From assembly GCA_964392445.1 (NCBI GenBank), contig CAYMPD010000004.1:1-64000 (forward strand): 64,000 bases of DNA, read 5' to 3'. A program made the translations under genes and the position numbers. Within the stretch, counting starts at the first letter, position 1. Each line of letters starts with the position of its first letter. This stretch comes from an uncultured archaeon (GTDB lineage Archaea > Aenigmatarchaeota > Aenigmatarchaeia > CG10238-14). Of this stretch, positions 30,585-40,356 are shown one piece after another. The notes beneath the pieces are model-generated. The model searched no databases. It was not told the DNA's origin and was given only the letters and a program-made list of their open reading frames with translations.

Positions 30585-31616
30585 TTACATTTTAAATCCA
30601 ATTCCTTTAACACTAATGCTCTTACCTTCAACCTTAAACTTCACAGGTAACATCTTCTCAATAACCTTAACATTAGTAACAACATGATCTGTTGCTCCTT
30701 CCACTGAAACACTTGACTTTCCGTCAGCTAGCGCCAAGAAAGGCAGTATCTGGTCAGCCATATATTTGTCCAAGCAAGCTCCTCGCTCGAGCGATTTCAC
30801 TAGTTCTTCGGCAGCTTCTCGACCAACTATTTCTGCCTTTAACCCTCGTTCTCCAAGATAAGATGCACCCAAAACCGAATTTTCACAGATGGCATAACAT
30901 GTACAACTTGATCCTCGGGATAAACTGTTAACACGTTTGTAGGTCATAGAAGCCTTAGTTTTAGAAAAATGGTACTGAAGTAGTCTTAAAGCACTCTCTC
31001 CCTGTCTTTTAGCAATACTTTTCGGTAAATCCCCACATACAGAGTCCACATACAAAGATTTAATCTCTCCCCGTGTTTCACATATCCAAGGTCTTAATTT
31101 GCGTGCAGGTTCTGATTTTACTTTAATTCTTCCTCCACCTTTGGGATAATAGCCATGTTTAATGACTTCTATCCCAAGTTTAGCTCCTAGCTTGTTTAAA
31201 ATTGGAAAAGCGACATTCTGGTAGTACTGAACTGTGGGAGACCATTTAACTTCTGTTCCACCTATTATCTCAAAAGAAACACGTTTTTTAGCGAAAATAA
31301 GGATTGGTAATAGTGTTTGAAGCAAAAGAGTAACACTTCCGGCGGTTCCTATGTTTATTTTACCAGAACTGACATCTAACTTTTTTGGAGTGAATTGTAA
31401 TTCAGTTGAACATTCCTCTAACCCATTAACAACCGCATCACAGAATTCTTTAACAATTTTTACCCCCATCATGTGCTGAGGACGAAGACCATGTTTTCCT
31501 AGGGGTTTATTAGTGCGGATATTGAACAACTTGACTGGTTCTTGGGTTAATGCTGATAGACCTATGGCTGTTCTTAAAACCTGTCCTCCCCCACCAGATC
31601 CATCTATCTCTATCAT
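30585..31616 (-). CDS. rtcA: RNA 3'-terminal phosphate cyclase
   Basis: IDGSGGGGQVLRT, GLRPQH, GYYPKGGG, ADQ, catalytic His in DHVVTN. Confidence 0.92.
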   Translation of the reverse strand: MIEIDGSGGGGQVLRTAIGLSALTQEPVKLFNIRTNKPLGKHGLRPQHMMGVKIVKEFCDAVVNGLEECSTELQFTPKKLDVSSGKINIGTAGSVTLLLQTLLPILIFAKKRVSFEIIGGTEVKWSPTVQYYQNVAFPILNKLGAKLGIEVIKHGYYPKGGGRIKVKSEPARKLRPWICETRGEIKSLYVDSVCGDLPKSIAKRQGESALRLLQYHFSKTKASMTYKRVNSLSRGSSCTCYAICENSVLGASYLGERGLKAEIVGREAAEELVKSLERGACLDKYMADQILPFLALADGKSSVSVEGATDHVVTNVKVIEKMLPVKFKVEGKSISVKGIGFKM

Positions 31617-31618
31617 GA
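31581..31618. repeat. Direct repeat copy 1 (functional rtcA 5' end)
   Basis: 37/38 nt identical to 32871..32908; weaker similarity continues about 35 nt to the right. Confidence 0.9.
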
Positions 31619-31625
31619 ATAATAA

Positions 31626-32216
31626 TTAGAAAAAATAAGTAAAATAAGTTATACACCTCAAGTTTTTTTTGGATTTCGCTTTGCTGTCTTTCTTAGATTT
31701 TTTTAATCTCTTTTTCTTATTATCCTCCATCTCTTTCAATACTATTCTAACTTTGTTAACTATTTCTTTTGAGGTTTCTTCTAATACCTCCAGTTTTTCC
31801 TTTTCAATTTCTGTTTTTGTCCCATATTGCATATCTTCTCTCATCGTCTTGGCATCGTTTTTAACTCCTTTACTAACGTTTCTTACACTTTTAACATCCT
31901 TTTTTGTAAGTTTTATCTTCTTCAGATCTATCAGATGTTCTATTGTGGTGAATGTACATTCTTGATTTCGTGACTCATAACCTACTTTTGAAAGAATTGC
32001 AAGAAATGAATGATACATCGAATAAAATCCAGCATTTACAGCCCAGTCAGTGAATCCACCTTTTATGTTGTGTTTCATTGCTTTTAAGTTATGTAAAGCC
32101 TTCTCTATGTGCTTTTTAGATTCTTCATCACTCGACTTAACTTTTTTGATACCTCTGTGGTATTTTCCTTTACCTTTTCTTAAACACCAGTTGAATTTAT
32201 CCTCTGTTCTTGTCAT
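31626..32216 (-). CDS. HEPN domain protein (TA toxin-like)
   Basis: HIEKALHNL, GFYSMYH, SRNQECT, REDMQYG; ATGA overlap with MNT gene. Confidence 0.75.
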   Translation of the reverse strand: MTRTEDKFNWCLRKGKGKYHRGIKKVKSSDEESKKHIEKALHNLKAMKHNIKGGFTDWAVNAGFYSMYHSFLAILSKVGYESRNQECTFTTIEHLIDLKKIKLTKKDVKSVRNVSKGVKNDAKTMREDMQYGTKTEIEKEKLEVLEETSKEIVNKVRIVLKEMEDNKKKRLKKSKKDSKAKSKKNLRCITYFTYFF

Positions 32217-32809
32217 TTCATCATCACCTTTTTGATTGCTTTCACTATATAACGACTTCCCCATAAAATAAAACCCTTTCTTATTATATCTAGTATCACT
32301 TGATCTTTTTCTCTGAGGTTTTGTTCCAAGTCTTTTTCTGTTTGGAAAACAGGGTGTATTTCTTTTGCTGATATAGAATTGATTTCCTCTATTTTCTTTT
32401 TTAGCTTCCTATAGTTTGAAGAATCGGATAAAACCAATATATCAATATCATTTGCTTCTTTTGGATTTTCTATGAAAGAGCCGAAAACAATTAGTGAGTA
32501 TGAAATATCTTTTAGTCCATCTAGGTTTTCCACCAATACCTCTAGATCTGGATTTTCTTTCTTTTGGGAGAGAATCAATTCTGAAACTTTAATTGCAATT
32601 TCATTATTTAGATCGATAGAATAAAATACTGAATTTCCCATCTTTTCAGGGACAAGTATTTCTTGAGCTTCTAACCTTTTGAGTATCTTATATCCTCCCA
32701 TTGGACTAAGATCAAGTTCTCTGGTTAATTGGTTGATGCTATACTTTTCTGTGAAATTTCTAATTAAAAAATTAATTACTCTTGCTTCATTCTTTGTTAA
32801 TGATATCAT
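32213..32809 (-). CDS. HTH + minimal nucleotidyltransferase (MNT antitoxin-like)
   Basis: N-terminal wHTH; VFGSF...DIDIL. Confidence 0.82.
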   Translation of the reverse strand: MISLTKNEARVINFLIRNFTEKYSINQLTRELDLSPMGGYKILKRLEAQEILVPEKMGNSVFYSIDLNNEIAIKVSELILSQKKENPDLEVLVENLDGLKDISYSLIVFGSFIENPKEANDIDILVLSDSSNYRKLKKKIEEINSISAKEIHPVFQTEKDLEQNLREKDQVILDIIRKGFILWGSRYIVKAIKKVMMK

Positions 32810-32847
32810 ATACCTCTAGTATATAATTATATACCTCTAGTATATAA
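32808..32847. promoter_or_regulatory. Tandem 19-bp palindromic operator-like repeats over the MNT promoter
   Basis: ATATACCTCTAGTATATAA at 32808 and 32829; core ATATAC-N5-GTATAT; overlaps TATA box and ATG. Confidence 0.7.
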
Positions 32848-32870
32848 AGATTTCTTTAGTGGAACTATAA

Positions 32871-32908
32871 CTGTCCTCCCCCACCAGATCCATCTATTTC
32901 TATCATGA
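32871..32908. repeat. Direct repeat copy 2 (truncated rtcA start, MIEIDGSGGGGQL*)
   Basis: Duplicate of the first 12 rtcA codons followed by TTA TAG. Confidence 0.9.
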
Positions 32909-32939
32909 TTAATTAATTGGTAAAAGAAGTAAAAGTAAG

Positions 32940-33221
32940 TTATCCATCAAAATCCTTAAGAACGGTTTCAGCATAATCCATTATTTTCTTGTTTATGTTC
33001 ATCTGTGCATCTTCTACTTTTTGCTTTATATCTGGATCGTCTCCCATAGTGTTTTCCACTGTCCACAAAACCAACAAATTACTTTGTAATTCTGACCAAA
33101 AAAAAGCTTTTTGTACAAACCTCTTCATCTTATCTGGATTATTGGCTTTTAAAGCCTCCTCTTTCCAGGTCTGGTAATGAGGTGTACATGTTTTAATTAT
33201 TTCACGTGGCTCTAATTTCAT
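32940..33221 (-). CDS. Hypothetical helical protein
   Basis: 93-aa ATG ORF with upstream TATA-like TTATATA. Confidence 0.65.
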   Translation of the reverse strand: MKLEPREIIKTCTPHYQTWKEEALKANNPDKMKRFVQKAFFWSELQSNLLVLWTVENTMGDDPDIKQKVEDAQMNINKKIMDYAETVLKDFDG

Positions 33222-33321
33222 GTGTTACTATAAGGTAGTACTCCTATATAAGTATTTCTATATTTTGTCACTTATTTGTGGTTACATAGGTTATAAGACT
33301 TCTGGACCCCAAAAATAATCT

Positions 33322-33639
33322 ATGTCCAAATCCCCTTTGCAAATAATCTTCGAACTTCTTGTTCTAATAATCCAAACAACAGTAGATGGACTAAAATTGA
33401 TCTTTGAAAAATTAGTTGAACTATTCGAATCCCTAGTTTTTCTAGCAAACAAAGGAATATCAGGACTGATTGTAGCATCGGTTATAGGAGGAATCGTGGT
33501 AATACTAATCTCGAGGTTTATTTTCGGGAACACAAAAACACTTTTAAGAGTCCTTTTAGTTTATATGGGATTTGTTCTAGTCATGATTTTACTTTTTTTC
33601 CTAACTACTTCTAAAGGTCAAACTCCTCCTGTCTCTTAG
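33322..33639 (+). CDS. Small membrane protein
   Basis: Two C-terminal hydrophobic helices. Confidence 0.6.
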   Translation: MSKSPLQIIFELLVLIIQTTVDGLKLIFEKLVELFESLVFLANKGISGLIVASVIGGIVVILISRFIFGNTKTLLRVLLVYMGFVLVMILLFFLTTSKGQTPPVS

Positions 33640-34876
33640 GAGCGACAGCGTCAATATTCTTAGAAATCAAATCTTCAGCAAAACTATGAGTATCATCCCC
33701 ATGTACACAAAAAATCTTCTCAGCTCCAGTTTTTACGATAAAATCAATCAAATCCGAGTGAGAGGCATGAGCACTGAAATCCAATTTTTTAACCATCATC
33801 TTAACCTTAAAATCAAGATCCTCATGAACATATCTACCCGTTTTCAAGAGTTTATCACCCTCAGTATCGGGAACTTGAAATCCAGTCATAATAAGTGAAC
33901 AGTCTTCACGATTATGTAGTTTTTTTAAATAATAAACAACAGCACCACCAGAAAGCATACCACTGGTCGTAATAACCACACAAGGCTTCTTAACAAGTTT
34001 TTTTCTTTGCATATGATGTTCAACATACTTAACTCCCATTCTTTTCATTGCACTTTTAAGTGAATTATACTTATTCTGAAGGTGAGGATAATCGTTAATA
34101 ATATCAGTTGCTTGTCTAGCCATCCCTTCAACATACATAGGAGACTTAATTCCATATTTATCCAGAATTAACATAACTTCTTGTGATCGGGCAATAGCAA
34201 AGCATGCAATAACCGCAATACCATCATTCGCTAGGGTATTTTTAACCGTCTCAATTAGTTTCTTCTCTTCGGCTTCTCTGTTTGGATGTTCATTCCCAAC
34301 ATAAGTAGATTCAGTTATTAGAACATCGGGTGTAGGTATATTCATATCACATCCAGCCAACAATCGAGTACTGTCTGTGTTAAAATCACCAGTGTAAAGA
34401 ATATTTTTACCACCATTTTCAACAAAAAACATACACGAACCAGGAATATGACCAGCATCATAACTTGTTATTTTGGACTTACCAATCTTAAATGGTTTTC
34501 TATAATCAACTCTTCTGAATTTTTTCACTGCTCTTCTGGTATCATGACCTGTGAATCTGATTTTTTTCCCTTCCATTTTTGCGATTTTAATCGAATCTTT
34601 CCAAAGCATTCGGGAAAAGGGTAGTGTTATTTCTTGACCTATTAACGGACAATTCTGGCCTTGATGATAAAGATAGGGAACTGCTCCTGAGTGGTCTAAG
34701 TGGGTATGAGTGAGGAGGATTGAGTTGAGTTTTTCTTTAACCTCCTCCGGATACTGAATCGGTTCTTCTTGAAGCTTCACACCATAATCCATTACTAATT
34801 TCTCGGTTCCTGTATCGACTAGAATTGCGGATGATCCTACTTCGTTACATGCTCCTAAAAAAGATATCTTTGTCAA
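33611..34876 (-). CDS. MBL-fold beta-CASP ribonuclease (aCPSF2-like)
   Basis: HTHLDH, AGHIPGS, YTGD, ESTY, FSAH. Confidence 0.9.
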   Translation of the reverse strand: MTKISFLGACNEVGSSAILVDTGTEKLVMDYGVKLQEEPIQYPEEVKEKLNSILLTHTHLDHSGAVPYLYHQGQNCPLIGQEITLPFSRMLWKDSIKIAKMEGKKIRFTGHDTRRAVKKFRRVDYRKPFKIGKSKITSYDAGHIPGSCMFFVENGGKNILYTGDFNTDSTRLLAGCDMNIPTPDVLITESTYVGNEHPNREAEEKKLIETVKNTLANDGIAVIACFAIARSQEVMLILDKYGIKSPMYVEGMARQATDIINDYPHLQNKYNSLKSAMKRMGVKYVEHHMQRKKLVKKPCVVITTSGMLSGGAVVYYLKKLHNREDCSLIMTGFQVPDTEGDKLLKTGRYVHEDLDFKVKMMVKKLDFSAHASHSDLIDFIVKTGAEKIFCVHGDDTHSFAEDLISKNIDAVAPKRQEEFDL

Positions 34877-34919
34877 ATAAACAACTCCTTGAGAATTTAG
34901 TAGTTAGTATTTAAAAGGA

Positions 34920-35924
34920 TTAACCGTTGAATAGGGGACTTAAAGCTCTTCCGTGTATTCTATTCGATATAGCAGTTGTTAAAATAGCTATTATGCTATG
35001 AATCTCGATAAACTCCCTTTCCTCTTCGGTATAATGATGAGGGATAGTATCTGTTCCTATTATTCTATATCCACCTTCTACAATTCTTTCTTTTGCGGGA
35101 CGCCCTTCTGAATCGGGTGTTAAACCTAGATGTGTTACACAAGTTTCCACGCTTCTAGCACCTCTTTCCATAAGAAGATCTGCAGCATTCATTGATGTAC
35201 CACCAGAATCAAGGATATCATCGTATTGGACAACCTTTAAACCTTCCACATTCCCTATCAAACCTACAGGCCTTGTTTTCCCAACACCCAAACGTTCTTT
35301 TATAATTACGGCTAAAGGTAGACCGAGTACATCTGCGAATCTACGACAATTTTTGATGGCTCCACCGTCAGGAGCAACAATAACAGTTTCATTTATAGAG
35401 TGATTTTCCCTATATTTTTCAGCCAAGAATCTGTATGTAGGAAAAGCTTCAAGATGACAATTCCCAGAGAATGAAGCCACAGCTTGATCAACATGGGGAT
35501 GAAAAGTAAATACTCTATCAGCCCCAGCAACTTCGTATGCATCTGAAACTAATCTAGAACTTATATCCTCTCTATCATAACTTCTATCTTGTCTTAGCCA
35601 AGGATTATAAGGTTCAATTAAAACTACCTGTGTAGCATCACATCTTTTTAGAGTTCTGATAATTGATAAAACCTGAACTAGCGATTCAGCTGCAGGTAAA
35701 GACATTTGATTTATCAAATATACTTCCTTCTTTCTGACAGTGTCACTTAAAGTGAATTTGAGTGAACCATCATTAAATAATGTTTCATATGCTTCTATTA
35801 GCGAGAAGAAATTTCTATCTTTATCTGGGAGACTCTGATAAACTCTTTCTCCTATGTAAAAGGGGACATCAACTTTACGTCTAGGATCGTATTTAGGAAT
35901 AACTATTGCGTAGGGTTGCTTCAT
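34920..35924 (-). CDS. prs: Ribose-phosphate pyrophosphokinase
   Basis: F(N)DG, PWLRQDR, APDGGA, DDILDSGGT; probable ATG 35924. Confidence 0.85.
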   Translation of the reverse strand: MKQPYAIVIPKYDPRRKVDVPFYIGERVYQSLPDKDRNFFSLIEAYETLFNDGSLKFTLSDTVRKKEVYLINQMSLPAAESLVQVLSIIRTLKRCDATQVVLIEPYNPWLRQDRSYDREDISSRLVSDAYEVAGADRVFTFHPHVDQAVASFSGNCHLEAFPTYRFLAEKYRENHSINETVIVAPDGGAIKNCRRFADVLGLPLAVIIKERLGVGKTRPVGLIGNVEGLKVVQYDDILDSGGTSMNAADLLMERGARSVETCVTHLGLTPDSEGRPAKERIVEGGYRIIGTDTIPHHYTEEEREFIEIHSIIAILTTAISNRIHGRALSPLFNG

Positions 35925-36276
35925 ATTAGTAAATTTGAAAAATAACTTTAAGTTCCAAGAAATTTTCAAAAATAAATAATTTTTTTAATATATTATATTA
36001 TTTAACAGCTTTTCTTATAAATCTTTTATTCTAATACCATCTGGATTTTCATATGCTATTCCTAAGTATTGCTCATAGTGTGTTAATGGATTTTTCCCTG
36101 TTGAATCAAGTACATATAATCTACTTTTAGGGGATTCTAGAACTGGAAATTTATGAGACTTATGAGGGAATGTGCCTCAAGTTTCTATATGGTAAACCAA
36201 TCCATTACCAAGTAAAACTTAAATTCTCTTAGTCAATCTAATTATTAATTTATTTTCCTATCACCAATAATTACCT

Positions 36277-37212
36277 ATGAACCTAACACATGGTGCAAAA
36301 ACAGCAGTTAAACAATGTATGAATATTCAGTCCAATGAAAGTGTTCTAATAATAACTGACAATGATATGCCTAGACAGATAACAGGATCACTTTTCCAGC
36401 AATCCCGAAAAATCACAAAAAGTACAGTGGTAAAAAAAATGAAAACTTTAGATAGATCTGGTCAAGAACCTCCAGAAGAAATAGCAAAATTAATGCAACA
36501 ACCCGACGTTCTATTTTTGGTAACATCCAAATCCTTGAGCCACACACAAGCAAGAAGAACAGCATCTCAAAAAGAGGTTAGAATCGCATCAATGCCAACA
36601 GTACCAGTATCATCATTCGTGGATGGAGGTTTAACCGCGGACTATAATCAAGTCAAGAAGAACTGTGAAAGAATGTTTAATGCGATCAAAGAGAAAAAAA
36701 ACATCCACCTAACCTCACCTAATGGAACAGATGTTGAATTAAAAATAGGTCAATACAAACTCGATAAGGACGATGGAATTTATCATGAACCAGGATCTTT
36801 TGGTAATCTTCCTGCGGGAGAAGTATGTACAGCTCCAAATAAATGCTCAACTAATGGGAAACTGGTCTTAGATAAAATGGGAAGGTTTGGGGAGAATATT
36901 AAAATCACAATCAAGAACGGATATGCAATAAAAATACAAGGTTCACCAGAGTTAAAATCAACCGTGATCAAGCTTGGTAAGGACGGACGAAATGTTGCTG
37001 AAATAGGTATAGGTGCTAATCCAAAGGCCAAAGTAATTGGGGTTACACTTGAGGATGAGAAAGTTTACGGTACAGTCCACATGGCACTCGGCAATAATGC
37101 TAGTTGGGGTGGAGATGTTGATGTTCAGTTTCATGATGATGGAATAATTCTTAAACCTACTTTGAAAGTTGATGGTGAAGTTTTGATTAAAGATGGCAAG
37201 TGGGCGATTTGA
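36277..37212 (+). CDS. Aminopeptidase (M29/thermophilic metalloprotease-like)
   Basis: NLPAGEV, AEIGIG, DEK...HMALG. Confidence 0.82.
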   Translation: MNLTHGAKTAVKQCMNIQSNESVLIITDNDMPRQITGSLFQQSRKITKSTVVKKMKTLDRSGQEPPEEIAKLMQQPDVLFLVTSKSLSHTQARRTASQKEVRIASMPTVPVSSFVDGGLTADYNQVKKNCERMFNAIKEKKNIHLTSPNGTDVELKIGQYKLDKDDGIYHEPGSFGNLPAGEVCTAPNKCSTNGKLVLDKMGRFGENIKITIKNGYAIKIQGSPELKSTVIKLGKDGRNVAEIGIGANPKAKVIGVTLEDEKVYGTVHMALGNNASWGGDVDVQFHDDGIILKPTLKVDGEVLIKDGKWAI

Positions 37213-37252
37213 TAAAAAATTATAAGGCCAACAAATCCTATTAATTTCCTAG

Positions 37253-38305
37253 GTGAATAACATCCAATACATACTTGACTTCATAAATGCTAATATGTAC
37301 CTAAAATCCCTGATTATACTAGTTTCATTCTTCCTAGGTTCTAAATTATTCCTGTTCATCACCGAAAGAGTCATTTACAAATTAGTCAAAAAAACAAAAA
37401 CCAGAGTTGACGACAAAATCATTCACAGAACCGGAAAACCTATCTCACTTGTCCTACTTTTAATCGGCCTCAGATTAGCAATACTACCATTGAACTTGGG
37501 AGAAAAACTAATGTCCTCCTCAACAAATTTAATCCTCTCACTAATAATACTAGCCATCTCTTACACATTTGTCATGGTTTTTGACGTTCTGATAAATAAT
37601 TGGGGACTGAAATGGGCGAAAAAAACAAAATCCACTTTAGACGATAACTTAGTCAAACTCTTACAAAAAACGTCCAAAGTAATAATCTTTTCCATAGCAT
37701 TCATTTACGTTCTTGATGTTTGGGGGATAGAAATAATTCCGTTTTTGGCAAGTATGGGTATAGCAGGTATTGCAATCGCATTTGCACTACAAGATAGTCT
37801 GGGAGATGTCTTTGGTGGATTAACACTGATACTTGACAAGTCTGTGAAGATGGGTGATGTGATTGAACTAGATGATAAAACAACTGGGACAGTGATTGAT
37901 ATTGGGTTAAGAAGTACAAAAATGAGGACCTTTGACAATGAGTTGGTAATAGTTCCTAATGGCCAGTTGTCCGATTCAAAAATAATGAACTATGCAGAAC
38001 CCGATCAGACAGTAAGATTAGTTATTCCTTTTGGGGTTGCTTATGGGTCTGATATTGATAAAGTCAAAAAAATAATTCTGAAAAAGATTAAAAATTTGGA
38101 GCATATACTAGACGATCCAAAACCTCTAATAAGGTTCGTGGAAATGGGAGATTCTTCTTTAAACTTTAAGTTGTATCTGCAGGTGGATCACTATTCTAAT
38201 AGATCCGCAACTAAGGATGAAGTAAACACTATTATTTATAACACTTTGAGAAAAGAGGGTATAGAGATACCAAATCCCCAGTTGGATGTTTGGTTAAGGA
38301 AGTAA
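37253..38305 (+). CDS. mscS: Small-conductance mechanosensitive channel
   Basis: GIAGIAIAFALQD, GLRSTKMRTFDNELVIVPN, FGVAYGSD. Confidence 0.92.
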   Translation: MNNIQYILDFINANMYLKSLIILVSFFLGSKLFLFITERVIYKLVKKTKTRVDDKIIHRTGKPISLVLLLIGLRLAILPLNLGEKLMSSSTNLILSLIILAISYTFVMVFDVLINNWGLKWAKKTKSTLDDNLVKLLQKTSKVIIFSIAFIYVLDVWGIEIIPFLASMGIAGIAIAFALQDSLGDVFGGLTLILDKSVKMGDVIELDDKTTGTVIDIGLRSTKMRTFDNELVIVPNGQLSDSKIMNYAEPDQTVRLVIPFGVAYGSDIDKVKKIILKKIKNLEHILDDPKPLIRFVEMGDSSLNFKLYLQVDHYSNRSATKDEVNTIIYNTLRKEGIEIPNPQLDVWLRK

Positions 38306-38449
38306 TACTCCAGCTTTTCCTGTACCAAAACTATTTATACCAATTATGTCATTAGTTATGAGTGAAGTGATGGTGATGAACCGCCAATATGTAACGCTAG
38401 TATAGAAGAAAAAGATTTTACTAGTGATAATAAGCTTCTTCTTGATTGT

Positions 38450-38704
38450 TTGAGGAAAGTTCTTGACGAGAGGCTAACACAAAAACAGAAATTCATTGTT
38501 AACTTTCTACGAGTGAACGGAGCAGATAATATTACACGTTTGGTTGAATTTTTAGCAAAGGAAATGGAATGTTCTGAATCTTGTGTTTGGAATAATATTA
38601 ATTCTTTGAAGAAATGTGGGTTGGTTGAGAATGGTTTGAATAGACCTGTTAAACTTTCTGGGGTTTGCAGAAGTATTTTTGGAGGAGATGATGATGAAAG
38701 GTGA
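38450..38704 (+). CDS. Winged-HTH DNA-binding protein (start uncertain)
   Basis: LTQKQKFI...SESCVWNNINSLKKCGLV; frame open back to 38366. Confidence 0.65.
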   Translation: MRKVLDERLTQKQKFIVNFLRVNGADNITRLVEFLAKEMECSESCVWNNINSLKKCGLVENGLNRPVKLSGVCRSIFGGDDDER

Positions 38705-38725
38705 ATGTTTTTACTTCTTTATTTT

Positions 38726-38841
38726 CCCGTGGTAGCTCAATCGCAGAGCGCCTGGTTGTAGATGGACATAGAATACTTCTTGTTATTCTTGAATGTCTGA
38801 TAGTGACCAGAAGGTTGGGAGTTCAATTCTCTCCCATGGGA
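38726..38841 (+). tRNA. tRNA-Tyr(GTA) with 44-nt intron at 37/38 (38762..38805)
   Basis: C1-G72 and A73; BHB helix TTGT/ATAG with 3-nt bulges; D-loop has only one G. Confidence 0.88.
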
Positions 38842-38857
38842 TCAGAGGCGATGAAAA

Positions 38858-39223
38858 ATGAGTAGAAATAAATATGGACTCAGAATACAGGGCGAAGTTA
38901 GAGATATCTATATTTTTGATTTTATGAATGCTCTTCAGGAATATACAGGAGAGAATATTGGAGTTTTGAATGGTGGTGGAGGCTTAAAGAGACTAGTAAA
39001 CAGTGATGTTGAAGGTAGAGTTAGAGGTGATTGGTATGAAATGATGGTCGAATGTGGTGAACCGAATAGTTTTATACCTTATACAAGGACTTTCCCTATT
39101 AGGTTGGATTTCAAAACCACTCCGAGAAACAAAAGAAGAGCAGATGAAACCATGGAAGATATAATTAGGATAGTGCTAGACAATGGAGGTTCAGTATTCT
39201 TCTATGGAGAGTTTGAGAGGTGA
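38858..39223 (+). CDS. Hypothetical protein
   Basis: 121-aa ATG ORF directly after tRNA-Tyr. Confidence 0.6.
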   Translation: MSRNKYGLRIQGEVRDIYIFDFMNALQEYTGENIGVLNGGGGLKRLVNSDVEGRVRGDWYEMMVECGEPNSFIPYTRTFPIRLDFKTTPRNKRRADETMEDIIRIVLDNGGSVFFYGEFER

Positions 39224-39229
39224 GGTAGT

Positions 39230-39640
39230 ATGTGGCTTGATAAAGTGAAAAAAATACTATATGGAATTTGTTTGACTTCTACAATTTCAGGTTGTGGAGA
39301 TGTGAACATGGATACAAATAGAGAAATATCTAGGTCCGTAACGAGGGAAATTAAAGCAGAGAAATTTGAATGTAAAGAGATTTTTTATCCTGGGGCGGGG
39401 GGAGTTTTTGCGAAAGAAATAATAATCTCAATAGAAGATGAGAATGGAGTATTGTACAGAAGTAATGCTGTATGGCCGACTGAAAATGAAAAATTTGGTT
39501 ACTTTGAAGAATTATGTGGTAGAATGAGAAGAGGGAAGATAGGAGCAGGAGCGGATGTAGCTCTTTACGGAGAAATAAGACCAAGAAGAGACAGTATTTT
39601 ACAAGTAGATGAAATATACCTGACTGATCTAGGTGATTAA
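39230..39640 (+). CDS. Hypothetical, possibly lipoprotein
   Basis: SD GAGGT; ISGC lipobox-like motif. Confidence 0.55.
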   Translation: MWLDKVKKILYGICLTSTISGCGDVNMDTNREISRSVTREIKAEKFECKEIFYPGAGGVFAKEIIISIEDENGVLYRSNAVWPTENEKFGYFEELCGRMRRGKIGAGADVALYGEIRPRRDSILQVDEIYLTDLGD

Positions 39641-39641
39641 A

Positions 39642-40325
39642 ATGAAAACAATAGGAATAATAGGTGGTATGGGACCTGAAACAACTTCAAAATTTTATTT
39701 AGAGCTAATTAGGTTGTCTAGAAGGGAAATGGGTCATTTACCATCAATCATAATAGAAAGCTTACCGATTAGTTTTAGTTCGGAAGAGAATTTTGTTAAA
39801 AACGGAATTAAAGAATCTGAATTCGAGAGATTAATGATTAAATCGGCGAAACGTTTCGAGGAGATAGGGGTTAATCTGGTAGTAATCCCATCAAATACAG
39901 CCCACTTTTTCATAGAAAAAGTCAGGGAAAGCACAAGTATTCCTGTGATGAATATCATAAAGGAAACTACTAAATTGTGTCTCAAAAGGGGTTTTAGGAA
40001 AGTTGGGGTTCTGGGGACTGAAATTACAATGAAAAATAGATTATATGAGAAAGAATTCGAGAAATTTAACATCGAAATTATTAAATTGGATAAGAAAAAT
40101 CAGGAAGAATTATCAAATATAATACATAGAATAGTCACTGGTGATACTAAAACAAAAGATCAAAAAAATTTAGAAAATCTAATGGAAATTTTAAAAAATA
40201 AGGGTGCAGAAGTAATAATTTTGGGTTGCACAGACCTTCAAAATCTAATCAAAGATAGTTCTAATATTGAAATAATCGATAGTATGCATACTCTTGTTGA
40301 AGCAACATTCAGGAAATTATTATGA
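39642..40325 (+). CDS. Asp/Glu/RacX-family racemase paralogue, first catalytic Cys replaced by Ser
   Basis: IGIIGGMGP, IPSNTAH, LGCTDL. Confidence 0.88.
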   Translation: MKTIGIIGGMGPETTSKFYLELIRLSRREMGHLPSIIIESLPISFSSEENFVKNGIKESEFERLMIKSAKRFEEIGVNLVVIPSNTAHFFIEKVRESTSIPVMNIIKETTKLCLKRGFRKVGVLGTEITMKNRLYEKEFEKFNIEIIKLDKKNQEELSNIIHRIVTGDTKTKDQKNLENLMEILKNKGAEVIILGCTDLQNLIKDSSNIEIIDSMHTLVEATFRKLL

Positions 40326-40356
40326 TTAAAAAAACAAAAATTATGTAGGTGATAAT

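Noticed and set aside
25582-36210. Stop-codon reassignment suggested by protein-like frames broken by single stops (TAA at 25729; TGA in a minus frame about 36015-36210)
   Set aside because: TAA, TAG and TGA each end conserved genes at the expected position (rpoN, hisS, argF), so these are better explained as pseudogene fragments.
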